Program-made: the position numbers and the translations under genes | In this document: piece after piece, positions 61,840 to 64,000 of the stretch | Position numbering within the stretch: position 1 is the first letter of the stretch | How the letters are laid out: each line of letters begins with the position of its first letter | Assembly (NCBI GenBank): GCA_902537275.1 | Contig: CACBAW010000001.1 | Span: 18,313 to 82,312, forward strand | Length of the DNA: 64,000 nt | Reading direction: 5' to 3' | Origin: an uncultured Synechococcaceae cyanobacterium | Lineage (GTDB): Bacteria; Cyanobacteriota; Cyanobacteriia; PCC-6307; Cyanobiaceae | The notes under the pieces: generated by a model | The model's database searches: none | Told to the model about the DNA's origin: nothing | The model's input: the letters and a program-made list of their open reading frames with translations, nothing else

Positions 61840-62142
61840 AATAAAAATATTAAAAAGAATATTTATAATTATAGATAGTTAAATTTTGAGTAATCTTAAA
61901 TAAAATAAAATTTATTTTAATTCGAATTTTTATTGTCAAGCCTGTTAATGGGATATTTAATTAACTCCTTTTTGAGATTTTTTAAAAGTTTATTGTGATT
62001 CAAAATTGTAAATTTCCTAGTAAAAGAATAATGCCATTTCATTGAATTTAAAAAAAACTTGCTAATTCATTATTTATAAAATTATAATACTTACTACGGT
62101 CATTCAAGACCATACATAAATTAAATAAGGACAAATTTTTTC

Positions 62143-62727
62143 ATGAGCTTAAGAGTTGGCCAAGAAGCACCAGACTTTAGTGCTACAGCAGTATATGATC
62201 AAGAGTTTAAGGAGATTACACTTTCAGGTCTAAGAGGTAAATGGGTTGTTCTATTCTTTTACCCACTAGATTTTACATTTGTATGTCCAACTGAAATCAC
62301 TGCATTTAGTGATAGATACCAAGATTTCTCGGTACTTAATACGGAAATACTTGGGGTATCAGTTGATAGCAAACACTGTCATTTGGCTTGGATACAAACC
62401 CCAAGAAATGAAGGTGGTATAGGTGATATTAATTATCCATTAGTTTCTGACTTAAAAAGAGAAATTTGCCAGGCGTACAATGTTCTAAATGATGATGGGG
62501 AAGCCGATAGAGGTTTATTTCTTATCAATCCCGAGGGAGTAGTTATGCATACCACTGTTAACAAGGCTCCTGTAGGTAGAAATGTTGATGAAACGCTAAG
62601 GATTCTTCAAGGTTATCAGTACGTTGCGGCAAACCCTGATGAAGTATGTCCAGCAAACTGGACCCCAGGGGAGAAAACAATGTTAGAGGACCCCAAAGGT
62701 AGTAAGGAATATTTTTCTGCACTATAG
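62143..62727 (+). CDS. 2-Cys peroxiredoxin (AhpC/TSA)
   Basis: [14 protein letters not shown] and EVCPANW. Confidence 0.97.
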   Translation: MSLRVGQEAPDFSATAVYDQEFKEITLSGLRGKWVVLFFYPLDFTFVCPTEITAFSDRYQDFSVLNTEILGVSVDSKHCHLAWIQTPRNEGGIGDINYPLVSDLKREICQAYNVLNDDGEADRGLFLINPEGVVMHTTVNKAPVGRNVDETLRILQGYQYVAANPDEVCPANWTPGEKTMLEDPKGSKEYFSAL

Positions 62728-62742
62728 AAGAATTAGAAACAT

Positions 62743-63495
62743 TTAAGTAAGTATTGAGTAGTAAATAATTATAAAAAAATAAAAAATAAATATATTCAAA
62801 AAGGGGATAACATCCCCTTTTTGAGGTTTTGGCACGATCCAATCGCTCAAATTAGTTTTATATGATAAAAAGGACCACGCATAAAAAGAAATTTCTATAG
62901 CGACTAGGATAAAAAGATTAATTAAATTTAAGTCATTTAAACCAAAATATCTATAAATATGAAACTGATCATCAACACTAATATTACTAATTTGAAGATG
63001 CCAAAGATAGAAAGAAATCAAAATAAAATTTACCAATATTATTTTTTTTAACAGAAACATAGATTTCTTAAAAATTAATAGGATAGAAATTAAAAATATG
63101 AAAAAACTTAACTGTGGAATATCCGGTTTTGGTACATTAATTCCTTCAAGAAATAAATTAAATATCAGATCAAAATTTATATATATATAATCAACTATTA
63201 AGTAAGAGAGAAATATTAAATTTATTGCCACTAAGAATAATAATCTTTTTCCTTTAATTACTTTGTTAGTATGGAATTTATCATTATAAAAATTATAGTA
63301 TGTATAGTTTTTTAAAGAGTTTACATACACCAAAGATGGACATATTGCTCCGCTCAAGTAGTAAAGGATTAAATAAAAGGAGATATCATTAATATTTAGT
63401 GAATACAAATTAAACCATTGTTTTTGTACAAATGGAAGAATAAGTAAAAATGAAAGTGTTACTAATAGCTTCGTTGTATTGTTTTTAATTATCAA
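62743..63495 (-). CDS. multi-pass membrane hypothetical protein
   Basis: Several TM segments; LYYLSGAICP, YAWSFLSYKTNLSDW.VP.P. Confidence 0.75.
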   Translation of the reverse strand: MIIKNNTTKLLVTLSFLLILPFVQKQWFNLYSLNINDISFYLILYYLSGAICPSLVYVNSLKNYTYYNFYNDKFHTNKVIKGKRLLFLVAINLIFLSYLIVDYIYINFDLIFNLFLEGINVPKPDIPQLSFFIFLISILLIFKKSMFLLKKIILVNFILISFYLWHLQISNISVDDQFHIYRYFGLNDLNLINLFILVAIEISFYAWSFLSYKTNLSDWIVPKPQKGDVIPFLNIFIFYFFIIIYYSILT

Positions 63496-63527
63496 AAAAA
63501 TATTTTTTTTAATTTAAAGCAATTAAA

Positions 63528-64000
63528 TCAAACTTTCAACAATTTAGAAGTTGTTGATTTAAAAACTTTTTTATCTATAGTTTCCTGATTTAAAAGTATA
63601 TCAACTAATTTATCTAATAAGACTCTATTTTTTTTCAATATTTTTATTGAATTATTTAATGAAATTTTAGAAATATTTATGATTTCATTATCTATTCTAG
63701 AACTGGTATTTTCTGCTATGAGAGGCTTTCTTCTAAATAATCCATCTCCTAAATACATTTCATTATTATCAGAATCCATTGAAATTGGACCAATAATTGA
63801 AAATCCATATTTTGTAACCATTTCCCTTACGATATTTGTAGCATAAGAGATATCATTTATTGAGCATTGTGTAATTTCACCTTCACCAAAAACTATCGTT
63901 TCTGCTGCTCTTCCAGCTAGAGCTATTTCAATTTTTGAAAATAATAATTTTTTTGAAATTAATCCACTAGAAATTACGTCTTCATCAGGGGATATTTTTG
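63528..64000 (-). CDS. ftsH: FtsH-family protease, C-terminal part (runs off the window)
   Basis: Frame open to the window edge: IALAGRAAETIVFG..EIT....ND...AT...REMVTKYGFS, LL.QETI. Confidence 0.88.
   Translation of the reverse strand, partial: KISPDEDVISSGLISKKLLFSKIEIALAGRAAETIVFGEGEITQCSINDISYATNIVREMVTKYGFSIIGPISMDSDNNEMYLGDGLFRRKPLIAENTSSRIDNEIINISKISLNNSIKILKKNRVLLDKLVDILLNQETIDKKVFKSTTSKLLKV

Noticed and set aside
62558-62842. 94-aa minus-strand ORF
   Set aside because: Overlaps the peroxiredoxin antisense and the membrane gene out of frame

Overview
Very AT-rich cyanobacterial chromosome segment. Gene content and style (psaK, ycf49/YggT, CCB2, hemJ, cobN, compact intergenics, Asn/Lys/Ile-rich proteins) point to a high-light Prochlorococcus; this is inferred, not searched. 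About 57 kb is core housekeeping: lspA, bioY, pyk, ilvA, dxs, psaK, rpmB, htpG, hisZ, ferredoxin, tRNA-Ser, dnaK-dnaJ, ribBA, argC, purN, pgi, leuS, dapF, dacB, coaD, uvrC, hemJ, cobN, ilvE, metH, pheT, rpmG, rpsR, metG, cobU, trmL, tRNA-Met, clpS. A microprotein-rich islet (about 58.3-62.0 kb) follows, then a 2-Cys peroxiredoxin and the 3' end of ftsH. No CRISPR array, integrase or transposase was seen. The main unexplained structure is a ~48-bp composite element of five AGACT/AGTCT-type half-sites at 11-12 bp spacing, present three times (two direct, one inverted; 48271-49020) right after a gene for a ribbon-helix-helix/J-domain fusion and bracketing a small secreted-type gene. A second ribbon-helix-helix-like gene (59633-59998) is flanked on both sides by an AGTGT-N-RCACT palindrome. 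All gene calls come from recognising motifs in the translations; no database search was run.
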